Assembly: GCF_004010195.1 (NCBI RefSeq) | Contig: NC_057753.1 | Location: 12,576,415-12,640,414 of the forward strand | DNA: 64,000 bases | From: Chiloscyllium plagiosum | Lineage: Eukaryota | Direction: 5' to 3' | Part shown: one piece after another, positions 13,345 to 26,484 of the stretch | How the letters are laid out: each line of letters opens with the position of its first letter | Numbering within the stretch: position 1 is the stretch's first letter | Notes under the pieces: generated by a model | Told to the model about the DNA's origin: nothing | What the model saw: only the letters and a program-made list of their open reading frames with translations | Databases searched by the model: none | Position numbers and translations under genes: made by a program

Positions 13345-14739
13345 ATTTTGACGGATTATACTCTTTGCCGGCTCGTTTATATTTACTGTCCATCCCTCAT
13401 TACCCAGATGGCGTTTGAGTGTGATTGCCGTGAGTCTGGAGTTAAATGTAGTCTTGAACAGGTAAGGATTGAAAATGTCTTTCCCAAAACTGTATTATCA
13501 AATTTAGATTCGATTTGCACTGATTTGCCAATATCATCATTTAGAAAATCCTGGATTAGAAATCTCAAGTCTTTTTGCACTGAGTGATATGCCAGTGGAC
13601 ACCCAGCCTCTAGTCACACAAGCAACATCCGAGGACTCAGCAAACATGGATACAAAATGCTAAGCGATCTCACATTCCACGTCCTTTTCGCGTTTATGTC
13701 AGTATTGCGTGTGGGAATCTTTGAAAGGATTTTCTGAAATCCGGATGAACTACATCAAGTACATTATCCACATCTACGTTACCATCACCTCTTCAAAACA
13801 GTCAACTTTGATATGATTGGCATGAGTCAAAAGCATGTTAGCGATCCCTGATAAAAGCTTGCCTCTCGAAGCAGAGTGTAATTCTGTCTATCAGAAAAGA
13901 AGTCAATGTGGCAATCACTGCTCTGCTACTTCCAGGTATAGTCAGACCATATTTCTTGAAAATTGGAAACCACACTAGCTGGTCTCCAGTACTCTGGCAC
14001 CCGCTCTGAGACCGGAGTAACATTAAATGTTTTGGGGCAACTACCCTTTGATTTTCTTCCTCATTTTCCACAGCAGACTGAGAAACAATACACTCGGACC
14101 TTGGATTTCATCTCTGATCTCCCAGATGGAGTGAAGCATGTCTCAAAAATAAACTGAGACTGAGAATTAATTCAGACAGTCTGTAACAGGAGGCATTTGG
14201 AGTTATTTACCTGCTGTGACAGACACAATGGTTCCAGATCCATCCACAGTATCATATTTCCAACAGAGTGACTGCTCTCTCAGGCAGCCCAGAAAAATAA
14301 CGACTGTTTGTTTATTCCACCAGCCACATTTTGCAAAACAATCCACCCTGCCTCTAATTACTCAAAAGATTTCCATCAATTAATAATATTTCATATTTGT
14401 CACATTCTGTTGAATCGAACAATAATTCAGGAGACTCTGGGATCTTAGCAAGTTGACCCAGAAACAAACATCACCGATGAACACTTGATGGAAATGCAGA
14501 CATAATGCCATGAAAAGATAACAGAAGAAGGACATTTTGACAATTTTTTTCTCACCCAGGACACATAATCTAATGAATCCATTTTTCAAATGGGAGGGCA
14601 AAGAATGTATCTTAATTGCACTGTGCTATTTGTTCAGACCTCATCAATAGTAGATTCCAAATAACTGTACACAGTGCTTCCAATCAACATAAACATCTCC
14701 GGTTACCTTCTTTATTCCAAATCTGCAAAAGTAAGATGA

Positions 14740-17700
14740 TTTGGCCATGTTATTTTGTCCCATTGGTCAAGGTATGAGCAAGATAAGGGAATTAGCCATG
14801 GGAATGACATAGGCAAAAACTGGGATGAGATCCTAAAAGCAGAATTCAGGGAGTTAGCAGCCAAGTTAAAAAGCAAGACCCTAGAAGTCATAATCTCCAA
14901 ATTGCTACCAGTGCCGCTTGCCAGTCAGAGTAGAAATGAAAAAAAAATGCAGGATGAATGCATGACTTGATATATGGTGCAAGCGAGAGGGGTTAAGATG
15001 TTTGCAACAGTGGGACCGGTTCTGGGGGTGATGGTACTGTTTACGGGGGTTTGGATGGTTTATGCCTGGGCTAGACAGGAACCAATGTCTATGGCGGTGC
15101 TTTTACTAACTCTTCTGGGGAAGGTTAAACTAATTTGTCAAGGTGGTGGGAAATAAATGAGGAGGACAGTGGGCAGTAAGGAGTTAGTAACTAAAGTCCG
15201 TAAAGAACTGGATCATGAAGTCACCATGACTAAGGTGAAAAATAGGCAGGGAGCAGATGATGAATGCAAAGGGAGAGATGGTCTGAGGTGCATTTGTTTT
15301 AATGTGAGAAGTGTAGTCGGCAAATCAGATAAACTTTGGTCTTTGATTAGTACCTGGGAGTATGATGGTGTTGCTATTACTGAGACTTGGAAGAGGGAAG
15401 GACATGATTGGCAACTAAATATCCCAGAATATAGATGCTTCAGGAGGGATAGAGAGGGAGGCAAAGGGGTGGTTGAGCTGCATTACTGTTCAAGACAATA
15501 TCACAGCTGTGCTGAAGGAGTGCACTGTTAAGGATTCGAATAGTGAGGAAATCGGTGCATAGGTCAGAAATAGGAAGGGTGCAGTAACAATGTTGGGGTT
15601 GTACTGCAGGCCTCAACAGCAAGTGTGAGGTAGAGGTGCAAATATATCAACAAATTATGGAAAGATATAGGAACAGCGGGGTGGTGGCGATAGGAGATTT
15701 TATGTTTCCCAAATTGACTGGGGATCAAGTGTGTTAGAAGTTTAGATGGAGCAGAATTTGTAAGGAGCATTCAGGTCAGATGTATAAAGCCGTATGCAAA
15801 TACTGCAAACGGAAAGTTGGATTTGGTGTTGTCGAATGAGCTCGGTCATTTGTTTGAAGTTCCAGTAGGGTATTAATTTGGGAATAGTCATCACAATAAT
15901 GTAAGTTTTAGAATACTCATGAACAAAGATAAGAGTTACACTCAAGGAAGAGTTTTATACTATGGCAAGGCCAACTAGCAAATTTCGGCAGGAGTTGGGG
16001 AATGTGGATTGGGATCAGCTGATGAAGGCAAATCCGCAGTTGATATGTGGAAGGCTTTTAAAGAGAGATTGGTTTTTAAACAGAGGACAACTAAGTCCAT
16101 GTGAAAAGGAAGGGGGAGAATTGGCAAGATTAGGGAACCATGGATGACAGGTGAAATTATGAAATTAGGTAAGAGGAAGAAACAAAGCATGCATAACATC
16201 CAGGTGACTGAAAACAGACGAAGCTTTGGAAGGATATCAGAAAAGGTTTACCAATCTGAACGGAGGTATTAAGAGGGCAAAAAGGGGTCATAAAACATCT
16301 TCAGTAAACGGGATTAAGGTAAATTCCAAAGCGTTCAGATATAAGGAGCAAGTGGGTAACTAGAGAAAGGGCTGGCCCACTCAAGGGCAGAGGAGTAATG
16401 TTATGCGTAGAGTCAGAGAAAACGGATATGATTCTTCATGAGTACTTTGCGGCGATATTTTGCGAGGAGAGGCACGTGATGTGTGAGGTTAGGAATAGAC
16501 ATTTGATTATTCTCGGTCAAGTCAGCACAGGAAGGAGGAAGTGTTGTGTGTTCCAAAATGCGATAAGGTGGACAAGTTACCAGTTCAGGATGGGATTCAT
16601 CCCAGGTTTAGTGAAGGAAATGTGAGAGGAAATACCTGGGGCCTTCACAGATAATTGTGCAGCATCTTTGAGCACGGGTGAGGTCCCAGAGGACTGGAGA
16701 ATTGCAAATGTTGTCCCCTACTTTTGGAAGGGTGGCAGGGATAATCCAGATAATTATAGATCAGTGAACCTGGCGTCAGTGGTAGGGAAGCTGCTGGAGA
16801 AAACAGTGAGGGATGGAATCGAATCCCATTTGGAACAAAATGTCTTTATCAGTGATAGGCAACATTGTTGTGTGCGGGGAAGATTATGTCTTACCTACTT
16901 AACAGAACTGTTCGAGGAAATAACACAGTTTATTGATGGAGGATAGGCTGTATATGTCATATACACGGACTTCAGAATTGCGTTTGATTTAGTTCCCCAT
17001 GGTAGGCTGATGGTGAAAATGAAGTTGCAAGAGGTCCAGTGTGTACTAGGTAGATGGCTGTGCAATACGACAAAGAGAGTAGTAGTGGAAAGGAGTTTCT
17101 CAAAATGAACACTTGCGAACAATGATGTTCTACACGGGAACTGTATTGCGAACACATTTGTTGGTGGTATACATAAACGATCTGGGAGTAGGTACAAGTG
17201 GCCTGATTAATAAGTTTGCAGTGGGCACTACGATTGGTGGACTATCAGATACTGAAGGGAACTGTCAAAATATGCAGCAAAATACAGATAGATTGGAGAG
17301 TTGGGTGGAGAAATGACAGATGGAGTTCAATGCAGCAAATGTGAGGTGATGCATTTTGGCAGAGCCAATTCAAAAACGAAATATACCATAAATGGAAAAG
17401 CCCTGCGGAAAACTGATGTACAGAGAGATTTGAGAGTTCAGATTCATTGTACCCTGAAGGTGGCAACACTGGTCGATAGATTGGTTAACAAGGCATGCTG
17501 CATCCTTTCCCTCATCGGAAGGGGAATTCAGTATAAGAGTTGGCAGGTCATGTTACACTTGTATAAAATTTTAGTTCGGCCTAATTTGGAATACTGCATA
17601 CGCCTCTGGTTGTCACAGGACTAAAGGATGTGCATGCTTTGTAGAGGGTGTCGAAGAGGTTCCCTGGGATGTTGCCTAGTATGGGGAGTGTGAGCGATGA

Positions 17701-18135
17701 AGAGAGGATGCACAGATTAGGATTACTTTCATGAGAACGACGGAGGTTGAGCGGGGGAAATGACTGAGGTCTACAAGATCATGAGAGGTGTTCACTGGGT
17801 GCACAGCAAGAAGCTTCTTTTCCTGACTGGGGCATTCAATTACCAGGTGTCACGAGTTCAATGTGAGAGGGGAACAGTTGAAAGGAGGTATGTGTGGAAA
17901 GTTCTGTATGCAGTGGGTAGAGGGTGCCTGGAATGCGTTCTCAGTGGAGGTGGTACAGGCGGACATGATAGCGTCATTGATGACGTATCTAGACAGACAT
18001 ATGAATGGGTAGGAAGCAGAGGGATCCAGATCCTTCGAAATTAGACGATAGGTTCTGATAGAGGATCTGGATTGGCGCACGCTTGGAGTTTCGAAGGACT
18101 TGTTCCTGTGGTGTAATTATTTAATTGTTGCTTGT
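14740..18135 (+). mobile_element. Near full-length decayed CR1 LINE (ORF1 esterase remnant, ORF2 endonuclease-RT, 3' UTR)
   Basis: ORF1 GNDIG...EFRELAAKLKSKT..VIIS.LLPVP; endonuclease CFNVRSVVGK...AITETW; RT VPEDWRIANVVP...NYRSVNLASVVGKLLE, YINDL, KCEVMHFG, LVRPNLEYC. Confidence 0.9.
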
Positions 18136-18808
18136 TCTAAATAAATGGTTATGGTGCATTTGAGTGGGATAATCTTCGGAAAGTCAATTCAGTCTCGATA
18201 AGCTGATTGGCGGCCTCTTTCGGCACCGTAGCGATTCTAGGATTCCAGTCACCTAACACTTAACTAAATTGAGGTATTTTTGCATCTTAACCCATGCCTG
18301 TGTCTTGTCGCTGAAACATATGTCATGTTTTACAGTATAAACTCATTTCCGAAAACATACGAGGTTTTCTTGAGATTGGAAGATCTTTCATTCTTCTTTG
18401 TTGATGGCGATTGATTTTTAAAGTGGGGAAGGTTGCAACGAGGTGTGGATGTCTTGCACACCAGTCAAAGAAAATAAACACTTCGCAGTAGCAGGATTGA
18501 AGGCTGGAGGAAGAACATGAGTTAATTATAGTTACACAATTCACTGAATTATTCAGTGACAATCACAAGCTTTACATCTCATTCTATAACTTCCAGCTAA
18601 AAGGCAGGTATCCTAGCTGTAAAATTCTGCTGAATGGAAGTCCAGAATTGGAGCGAGATAAAATAACAGATAATTGGTATCACTTATTTTAAATTTTGTC
18701 TAGAGACTCTGCGAATAAGGCTTCCTCAACGTTTTTTTTAAGTAAAGAGCAGAGGGCTACTTTTGAACTCTATCGTGCTCAGTGGACATGCACCGAAGAG
18801 AGGAGGAG

Positions 18809-19198
18809 GAGAAAGTTAGGACTGCAGAATCTGGAGATGACAGCGAAAAAGTGTGGAGCACAGCAGGTCAGGCAGCATCTGAGAAGCAGGACAGTTGACG
18901 TTTCTGGCATGAGACTTTCATCAGAAATCTTGAAGGCCCAAGGGAGCTGAGAAACAAACGGAAGCAAGATAGGACTAGGGTATGGTAGCTGGGATGACGA
19001 CAGGCACATGAAATTTGGGGTTAATGGTGGTTGATCGGAACAGGGCATCGGGCAGACAGGTAGGAAGAAAGATGAACGGGCACCTTGCCACACACCACGC
19101 CCCCCATCAAGTTCCTGATGGAGTACTTAGACCTAAAATGTCGACTCTCCTGCTCCTCGGTTGCTGCCTGACCTGCTGTGCTTTTTTAGTGCCACTCA
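18809..19198. mobile_element. Penelope-derived fold-back (inverted pLTR ends)
   Basis: Left GCACAGCAGGTCAGGCAGCATCTGAGAAGCAGGA is the reverse complement of right TCCTGCTCCTCGGTTGCTGCCTGACCTGCTGTGC. Confidence 0.75.
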
Positions 19199-19299
19199 TT
19201 AACTGGAGTGAAGCAGCCCCTCTAGTGGTTCCTCATTCCATCGATTTTGGAAACAGGAGACTGTTGATGGAGGATTCTGAGCACCCATATCAGTGGAGT

Positions 19300-20040
19300 G
19301 TGGGAGTTTGAATAAACTTCTTTGTGATGAAGGTGACAAAGACAAAAATTACTTTGTTATTTGACGTTCTGGAAGGTATGAATTCAATACAGTGGATATC
19401 GATAGAGATATCGACTATGGATTTGGGGTGCATAGATCTTTAAAATGCCACGAACAGGTAGAGAAAATAATAAAGGAAGCTTATGGACTGTTGACACTTT
19501 TATGTTTTGATCACTGCATTATAAAGACATAACAGCAATATTCTAGCTATACAAACTCGACTTGAAGTACTGTTGAGCAGATTTCAGCAACACACTTTAG
19601 AAACGATATGTGACTCTGAGAGGGAGTACAATGGAGCTTTATATGAATGATACGTGGATGTCAGGAGTTATGTCATGAGAAGACATTAAACAAATTATGC
19701 TCGTTTTCTCAAGAATTTGTAAGACACTGGTGTGATCTGATCGAATTCTTCAAGATATGAAAGAAGAAAAGACAGGTTCGATGAAGATAAATTATTCCAC
19801 TGGTTGAGGTTTCTATCACTCGGGGCCACAGTCTTAGAATGAGAGTCAAGCCATTCAGGAGAGATGTCAGGAAGGTCTTAGACATACAACAGGCGTTTGA
19901 GATTTGAAACACACTTCACAAATGGTAGCTGATGTTCAATCAGTTGTTAGTACTAAAGTTGAGATAGTTAAGTTATTCTTCAGGGAATATTTTAAGGGAT
20001 ATGAGCCAAGGCCTGGTAAATTGAATAAGTCCACACATCA
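19300..20040 (+). mobile_element. Old CR1 3' fragment
   Basis: Degenerate LEYC and CR1 ORF2 C-terminal remnants. Confidence 0.55.
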
Positions 20041-20049
20041 GACAAGAGA

Positions 20050-20620
20050 TTCAAAAGACCATAAGACCATAATGCATAGGAGAAGAAATTATGCTATTCT
20101 GGCCAGTGAGTCTGCAATGCCACTTAATCATGGCTGTTAAGTTTTTCAAACCCATTCACCCATTTTCTCTCCGTAACGCTTAATACCTTTGGCACTCATA
20201 AGCCTATGTATTTCCATCTTAATTATCCTCACTGAACTGCCTCCACAGCCTTCTGTGGTAAAGAATTGCTTCTCTACTGGGGTTACACTAAGGTTCTCTA
20301 CTGTCTGGCTGAAAGGCTTCTCCTGCTCTCTGTTCTAAGAGGTCTCCTCTTTATTCTAAGGCTAAACCGTCGGGTCCAAACGTCTGCTCCCAGCGGAAAC
20401 AACTTCCCAACATCTACTCTGTGCAGGGCATTCAGTATTGTCTTTGTTTCAATTAGATACCCCATCATACGTCTAAACTCCATCAAGCACAAACCCACAG
20501 TCCTCATCTTTCCTCATATGTGAAGCTGTAAATTCCTTGGAACATTCTCATAACACTTCTCCTGAGGTAATGCGACGAAAAATGCGCACAATACTCCAAA
20601 TGTGTTCGTGCCAGAGCTTT
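20050..20620 (-). mobile_element. CR1 3' fragment
   Basis: ARTHLEYCAHF and LHRVDVGKLFPL...SLRIKRRPLRTE on the minus strand, with a GACCATAA-type tail at about 20057-20072. Confidence 0.75.
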
Positions 20621-20746
20621 ATCGAGGATGGTGGAACGAGCTCTGCGTGATAAATGGCAGACTCCGTGGCCTATGCTCCTATGACAGAGATTTGCACACA
20701 CTGGGAGGCTGGGGATGGGGGAGAATCTGAAAGAATTAATTGTATT

Positions 20747-21648
20747 TCACGGTTTAATGAAACTGATAAGCATAGCGAAAGGACATAGAAACATTTTCTT
20801 TACTTCCTCACGAAACTTGTTCTGGGATAGCACATAGATGAAAACGTTGTTGCAGGAACTGAGCAAAGTGAGCACAATGCTCGTCTCTTGGATAATGTAT
20901 TGGGGGTCATTGAAATTTAGGTTGCTGATATAGCCCTTACCTATAGCCCGCACGAAGACGAAGTTTCCCACATAAGTCACCCATAGGAGAAGGAAACTCA
21001 GAGAGATAGCAAAAAGCAGAATTATGGATCTCCTACGGTTGGCCATTTCCTTGTCGCCACTGTCCTCGATACTTCGGAGCCTCCTGCGGGCTCTGCTCGC
21101 TGCTAAGATGTGTCTCACAGTCAAAATATTGAGCAGGAAAATGAGGAAGAATGGGAGAAAAGGCGTTAAGATGCGGTCGAGCCAGTGGTAGGCTTGCCAG
21201 GCAGGCAGGGTGTAATAGGTTGACTTAATGTCACAGAACCAGGGGACGCCATCTACAATGACTAATGGCTGGCAGACAAAGTAGAACGGGAAGTTTTTAA
21301 TACAGCTGAGGGCACATATTGTTCCTATGACGATCGATGCAGTTTTCTCCGTACAGTATCTCACCTTCAGGCTCTGCCAGCAGATGGCCACAAAACGGTC
21401 GATGGTGAATGCTGCAGTCAGCCAAACTGAGCAATCCCGACTGATATAGATTAACACCGCACTGAGTGCGCTGGCAGGTGTGGTAGACATGACACTGTAC
21501 CGGAAGTAAATGCGTCCAATGCGTTTGAAGATGACAGCCGTGAGGATGACAAGGAAATCAGATACTGCGATTGCCACCAGGTAGTAGCTGATACATCGGG
21601 AAAGATTACACCGACCTCGGGATAGGATTATGATCGCGACCAAGTTGG
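20747..21648 (-). CDS. GPR139-like GPCR gene B, coding exon 2 (spliced protein 323 aa, intact)
   Basis: Acceptor TGTCACAG (AG at 21650-21649), phase 1 (G+CC = Ala). Open frame with NLVAIIILSRGRC, SVWLTAAFTIDRF, WFC, SFLLLWVTY, SCNNVFIY and stop at 20747. Confidence 0.92.
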
Positions 21649-23256
21649 CTGTGACAGACATAAATACAAGAAGATGTCACTAACTGAAAACAAAGACTAA
21701 TCCAGCATTTTGTGCAATTTTGATCCGTGAATTTTCCACCTCTTTACTCCGATTATCCCCCAAACAATGACATTGGTAGGAGATCAAATGCTGCAGTAAA
21801 TATTTGTCAAGAACACACTTATTCCAATCATCAGCACTAAACCCTTTCACGCCCGTCTTCTATGTACTGCATCAGTACCCGTAGCTAATTTTCCAACTTA
21901 AACTCACCAGTAATGTTTCCTCCCGTGCCCCATCAATGCCAAGCCTATCAAACTTATGTTCTACGTTGACCTACGTTGAATTTCCTTCCTAAAATCTCTC
22001 AGCTTTTATGAGCTCATTCATTGAAATTTCAAACATTTCTATAATCTCACCATTCCCATCCTGTAGCATTCTATGAATGTCTGACAGCGTAGCCGAACTC
22101 CTATCCGGACTGGAGGCAAAACACTGAATCAGTGCAAGTTAAACCTGCAGAAGGAGGTGACCTGAACTTTCAAACATTTCCCTTTCACTGCGTATTTCTT
22201 TCATTCCTTCTTTCGAGTGTTCTTTCCAATTGAACACGTTGATTTTATTTTCTGATTATCAGTGTTAATATCTACTTGTCTTATTCAGGTTTGGATTGTT
22301 AGTTAAATCTCCTGTGAATAATAGTCACTGGTTATATGACAGCAGCTGAAGAAAGAAGCTCAACTTCAATTTCTGAAATGAATATGAGAGACAGGCCCTT
22401 GAACACAAACAGAAACTGCTGGAGAGTCTCAGGGGGTCTGGCCTTGTCTGTGAAGACAGAAACAAGTAGCATTCGCAGTTTGATGTGGTACTGCTTTTGA
22501 ATCTCTACATGAGCAACGTAGATTCACTATGACAATGATATTCCAACCTTAACAAAGATTAAAAAACATTTAACTACTTTAAAAATAAATACCAAATATA
22601 GAGTCCTAATCGGTAAATGAAAAAAACGCAATAAATACAAAATCTTCCATCTTCACTCGCCTCTTTCACATGTTTTCCGAATTAATTCATAAGAGTACGT
22701 TATGAGTTGGAATGCCTAACTAGTGCTTACTATGCTGTAAGAATTTCATCACTCCAGAGGTCTGAAAATCCTTCATTATAATGATCAACAATATCGCATG
22801 TTGCAGTTCGTCAAATAAATGTAATTATTCATTTTCACATACAACTGCAAAAGGCGGTGATGCACTTTACAATACGATAATACACTATTAATTTGAACAG
22901 TACTAACTAGATAGATTCTATTCTACGGCATTGTGGTAAATCCGAGTGATCAATAATGACAATTGTTCATGTTTCAGGCAATGCCGTACATTTCACAAAT
23001 CAAATGGAAAGTGTTTCTTTAAATGTTGAGAATTTCAATTTGAATGATATATTGTTTTATTGCATAACATAGACATAATTGCTCCAGTATGTTTTGGGAG
23101 GTTGATCATCACGTTGTGTGTAGTATAAACTGTGCCAGGTGAAATTCAAGCAGCACTGATCAGTAGAAATTGAAAGGTGACCGATTCTGAAGAGGATGAG
23201 ACACAATTACTGGAGATCCTCAAAACAGTAAATAACTTGATGAGATCATGACTTAC

Positions 23257-23326
23257 CAGGGACACCAACAACAGCGAGAATTGGATACAAAATGGCAAAG
23301 ACAGGGCCAATCGCTGCACTGTGCAT
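23257..23326 (-). CDS. GPR139-like GPCR gene B, coding exon 1 (70 nt, MHSAAIGPVFAILYPILAVVGVP + 1 nt)
   Basis: ATG at 23326, 70 nt, GTAAGT donor at 23256. Clearly homologous to exon 1 of gene A. Absent from the ORF track because it is short. Confidence 0.92.
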
Positions 23327-23398
23327 TGTCTTTCGGAAACTAATAGAACTACAGAAGCTCTAATGCATTGCTCTGTCGAAATTTCAAAGCATTCCTCA

Positions 23399-23405
23399 TA
23401 TATAT
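23399..23405 (-). promoter_or_regulatory. Putative TATA-like box of gene B
   Basis: TATATA run about 75 nt upstream of the ATG at 23326, matching the position in gene A. Confidence 0.4.
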
Positions 23406-23829
23406 CTAATGTGAGTCTCCAGATGAACCAGCAAATGAGAACATGCACATTACTCGCACATCTGTAAACAAACAGATGATGTAACAGTCGCCTAATTTCT
23501 ACTCGTCATGTTGACGAAATGGACGATTAAATTATTCTTGTCGATGAACAACTGTTTCTAAATTATTTGATGCCCTCTTTATCCTCTAATGAAGCCTTTC
23601 TTCCATCATCAACTGGAGCTGCTGGTAGCAAGCACTAAACTACATTGCAAGTCCTTTATTATCAAATTGCAGACACGATCCAAAGTATTTTTTGCTTTCA
23701 TATGTCAGAGCAGTTCATTTATCTTTGCTTAGTCCCTGCGTTTTTATTGCTTTCATTTCACCTACGTTTAGGGGGAGATGGTAATTGCACTGAAGTAACA
23801 ATCCAGAGATGGAGGCCAACATTTGCCTC

Positions 23830-26375
23830 CTCAATAGAGCCAGCATAGGTGGAAGGCAGAAACAGGAAAGGCGAAGTCACTTTATTGGGAGGTTTCTACT
23901 GATCCCCCAATAGCAACAGAAAAGCGGAGGTGTAGACTAAGTAGTGGATTTTGTAAAGGTACAGAAGTAATAGGGTTGTTGTAATGGGAGACTTTCACTT
24001 CCCGAAAACTGATTAGAACCTCCTTAGTTCAAATAGCTTGTGTGAAGCTGTTGTTATCTGGTATGTCCAGGACGCGTTCCTGACTCAACATTTAGATAGG
24101 CAGACCAAAGCGGCAGAAATATTAGATTGCATTTGTGCTTAGCAATGAATCATTCCAAGTGAGAGAGCATTTCAGCTATCGTGACCATAACTCCCTGACG
24201 TTTTCTATACCCTTGAAGAGGGATATGAGTAGAGATATGGGAAAGTAAATTGTCATTAGGCAGGAACTGGGGCACCTAAATTGGGAAAGATGTTCTCAGA
24301 GAAATTCAGGACAGAAATATAGAGACTGCTTTGGGGTAACTGCTTTTCGTGTTTGACAGGTTTGTCCTACTGTGGCAAGGAAGGGATGGTACGTTGAAAG
24401 AACCTTGTGTTACGAGAGATGTGCAACATCTCGTCAAGAGGAAGAAGGAAGCTTACTTAAGACTGGGGAGGCATGGATCAGGCAAGGCCCGAGAAGGTTC
24501 CAAGGTAGTCAGGAACGAAGTGAAGAAATTACATAATGAGAGCTGGAAGGCGGCATGAAAAAAGCTTTATCACGTAGGACTAAAGAAAACCTGAAGGCAT
24601 TTGACACTTACATGAGGAAGAAGAGGTTGGCCAGTTTGAGTGGAGGGCCGATCAGGGATAGTGGAGGCATCTTGTGCCTGGAGTCAGACGAGGTTGGGTA
24701 GAACCATTAAAAGAGTAATTCGCTTCAGTATTAATTTCTGGGAGAGATATTAACTTTTTTGAGGACAGTCTGGTGTAATGCCGGATGATTGGATGGTGGC
24801 AAATATTGTTCAAGAAATGGAAAATGGATAAACCTTGGAATTGTAGAGCAGTTTGTCACACGTCTATGGTGGGTAAAGCATTGAGAGAATTCTAAGGGTA
24901 TCTAAGAGTATCTAAGATTTATCATTATTTGGAAAACCATAGTTTGGTTGAAGAGTGTCAGCATGGCTTTGTGACAGGCAGATCATCCTTTTCAAACATA
25001 TTTGCATTCTTTGAGAATGTGGCAAAACACATTGATGAAATTAGAGTGGGGATGTGGTATACAAGGAATTGAGAAAGGCGTTTGGTAATGTTCTCCATGG
25101 CAGGTTCATTCAGAAAGTGAGGAGGCATGAGAACAGGGAAATCTGGATGTCTAGATACAGAATTGACTGCCTTAAGGAAGACACAGTGTGGTGGCATGTG
25201 GAAGGTTTTCAGATTGGATCTTGGTGATTAGTGATGTTCCACATGGATCTATTCTCGGATTTCAGCACTTTGCGAATTTATATTTTTTGCTCATTCACTG
25301 GAAAAGGGTGTCGCTGTAATACCAGCATTTGCTGTCCATCCAAGTGGGCAGTTAAGTGTCTACGACATTGATATTGGTCTGGGGTACCACGTTGGCAAAA
25401 CCAGGTAAGGGCAGGAGAAAATGTCTTTCCCGAGTCTAGCGATAATACCATTACGCCATTACCTTCCCATTAGATTACCTGGATAAGGACCCGGAAGGGT
25501 AGCTTTGTAAGTTCACCGATGACATGAAGTTTGGTGGATTGGTTTGTACAGTGGAACGCTGTTTTAGCTTGCAAGAGGACTTTGACAGGATGTAGAGCTG
25601 GGCTGATAATTGGCAGGTGGAATTGAACCTGCAAAAGTGTGAAATGAATAGAATGTTAAAGGCTGCATTCTTGACGGTGTGAAGGAACAGAGGGATGTTG
25701 ACGTTCATGTCCATAATTCCCTGAAATTTGCCACTCAACTTGCTCAGGTTTTAAAGAAGGCGTTAGGTGTGTTAACTTTCATTAACAGTGGGTTCAGTTT
25801 GAGAGCCGTTAAGCTATGATTCAGCTCATAGAGCACTGTTTAGAGCACACCTGGAATATTGTGTTCAGTTCTGATCGCCTCTTTATTGGAAGGATGTGGA
25901 GGCTTTAGAGAGGGTGCAGAGGAGATTTGCCCGAATGCTGCGTGGATACAAGAGCGTGTTTTATGTCAAAAGGGTTGACGGACGGAGGGTTGTTCTCACT
26001 GGACCGATGAACCATGAGGTCTGACTTTGAATGAGGGGAACAAGTTGATCACAGGCACAGATAGAGTGGATGACCTGTGGTGTATCTATATCAGACATGT
26101 TTGTAACAAGCGGGCATAATTTTAAGTTATTGGTTGTAGGTTTAGGGGAGATGTCAAGGGTAGGTTCTTTAAACAGAGAGTGACGGGTGCGTGGAATGCA
26201 CTGCCAGCATTGGCAGGAGAGTCAGATACTTAGGGACATTTAAGCGACTCTTGTGTAAGCACATGGAAGAGAGGTTAGACTGATTTAGATAAGGGTAAAA
26301 GATCAGGACAACATCGAGGGCTGACGGCTTGTACTGTGCTGTCCTCTTCTATGTTCTATGCTCCACGTTCTATGT
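23830..26375 (+). mobile_element. Decayed CR1 LINE ORF2 and 3' UTR
   Basis: MGDF.FP endonuclease segment, QHGFVTGRS, KFTDDMKFGG, HLEYCVQF, and a TTCTATG-type tail near 26347-26374. Confidence 0.85.
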
Positions 26376-26484
26376 AATGGTCTAGAATTCATGTCGAACA
26401 GAAGATGGTATAGATGGGTAGTCCAGGACCACATGGTGTAATCACAGACTAAGTTTTCGCCTTTAAGACAGAATTGTCAAGAGC

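Noticed and set aside
21649..21661. ATG at 21661 as the start of a single-exon gene B
   Set aside because: It lies in the acceptor tract and would lack half of TM1; the real exon 1 is at 23257-23326.
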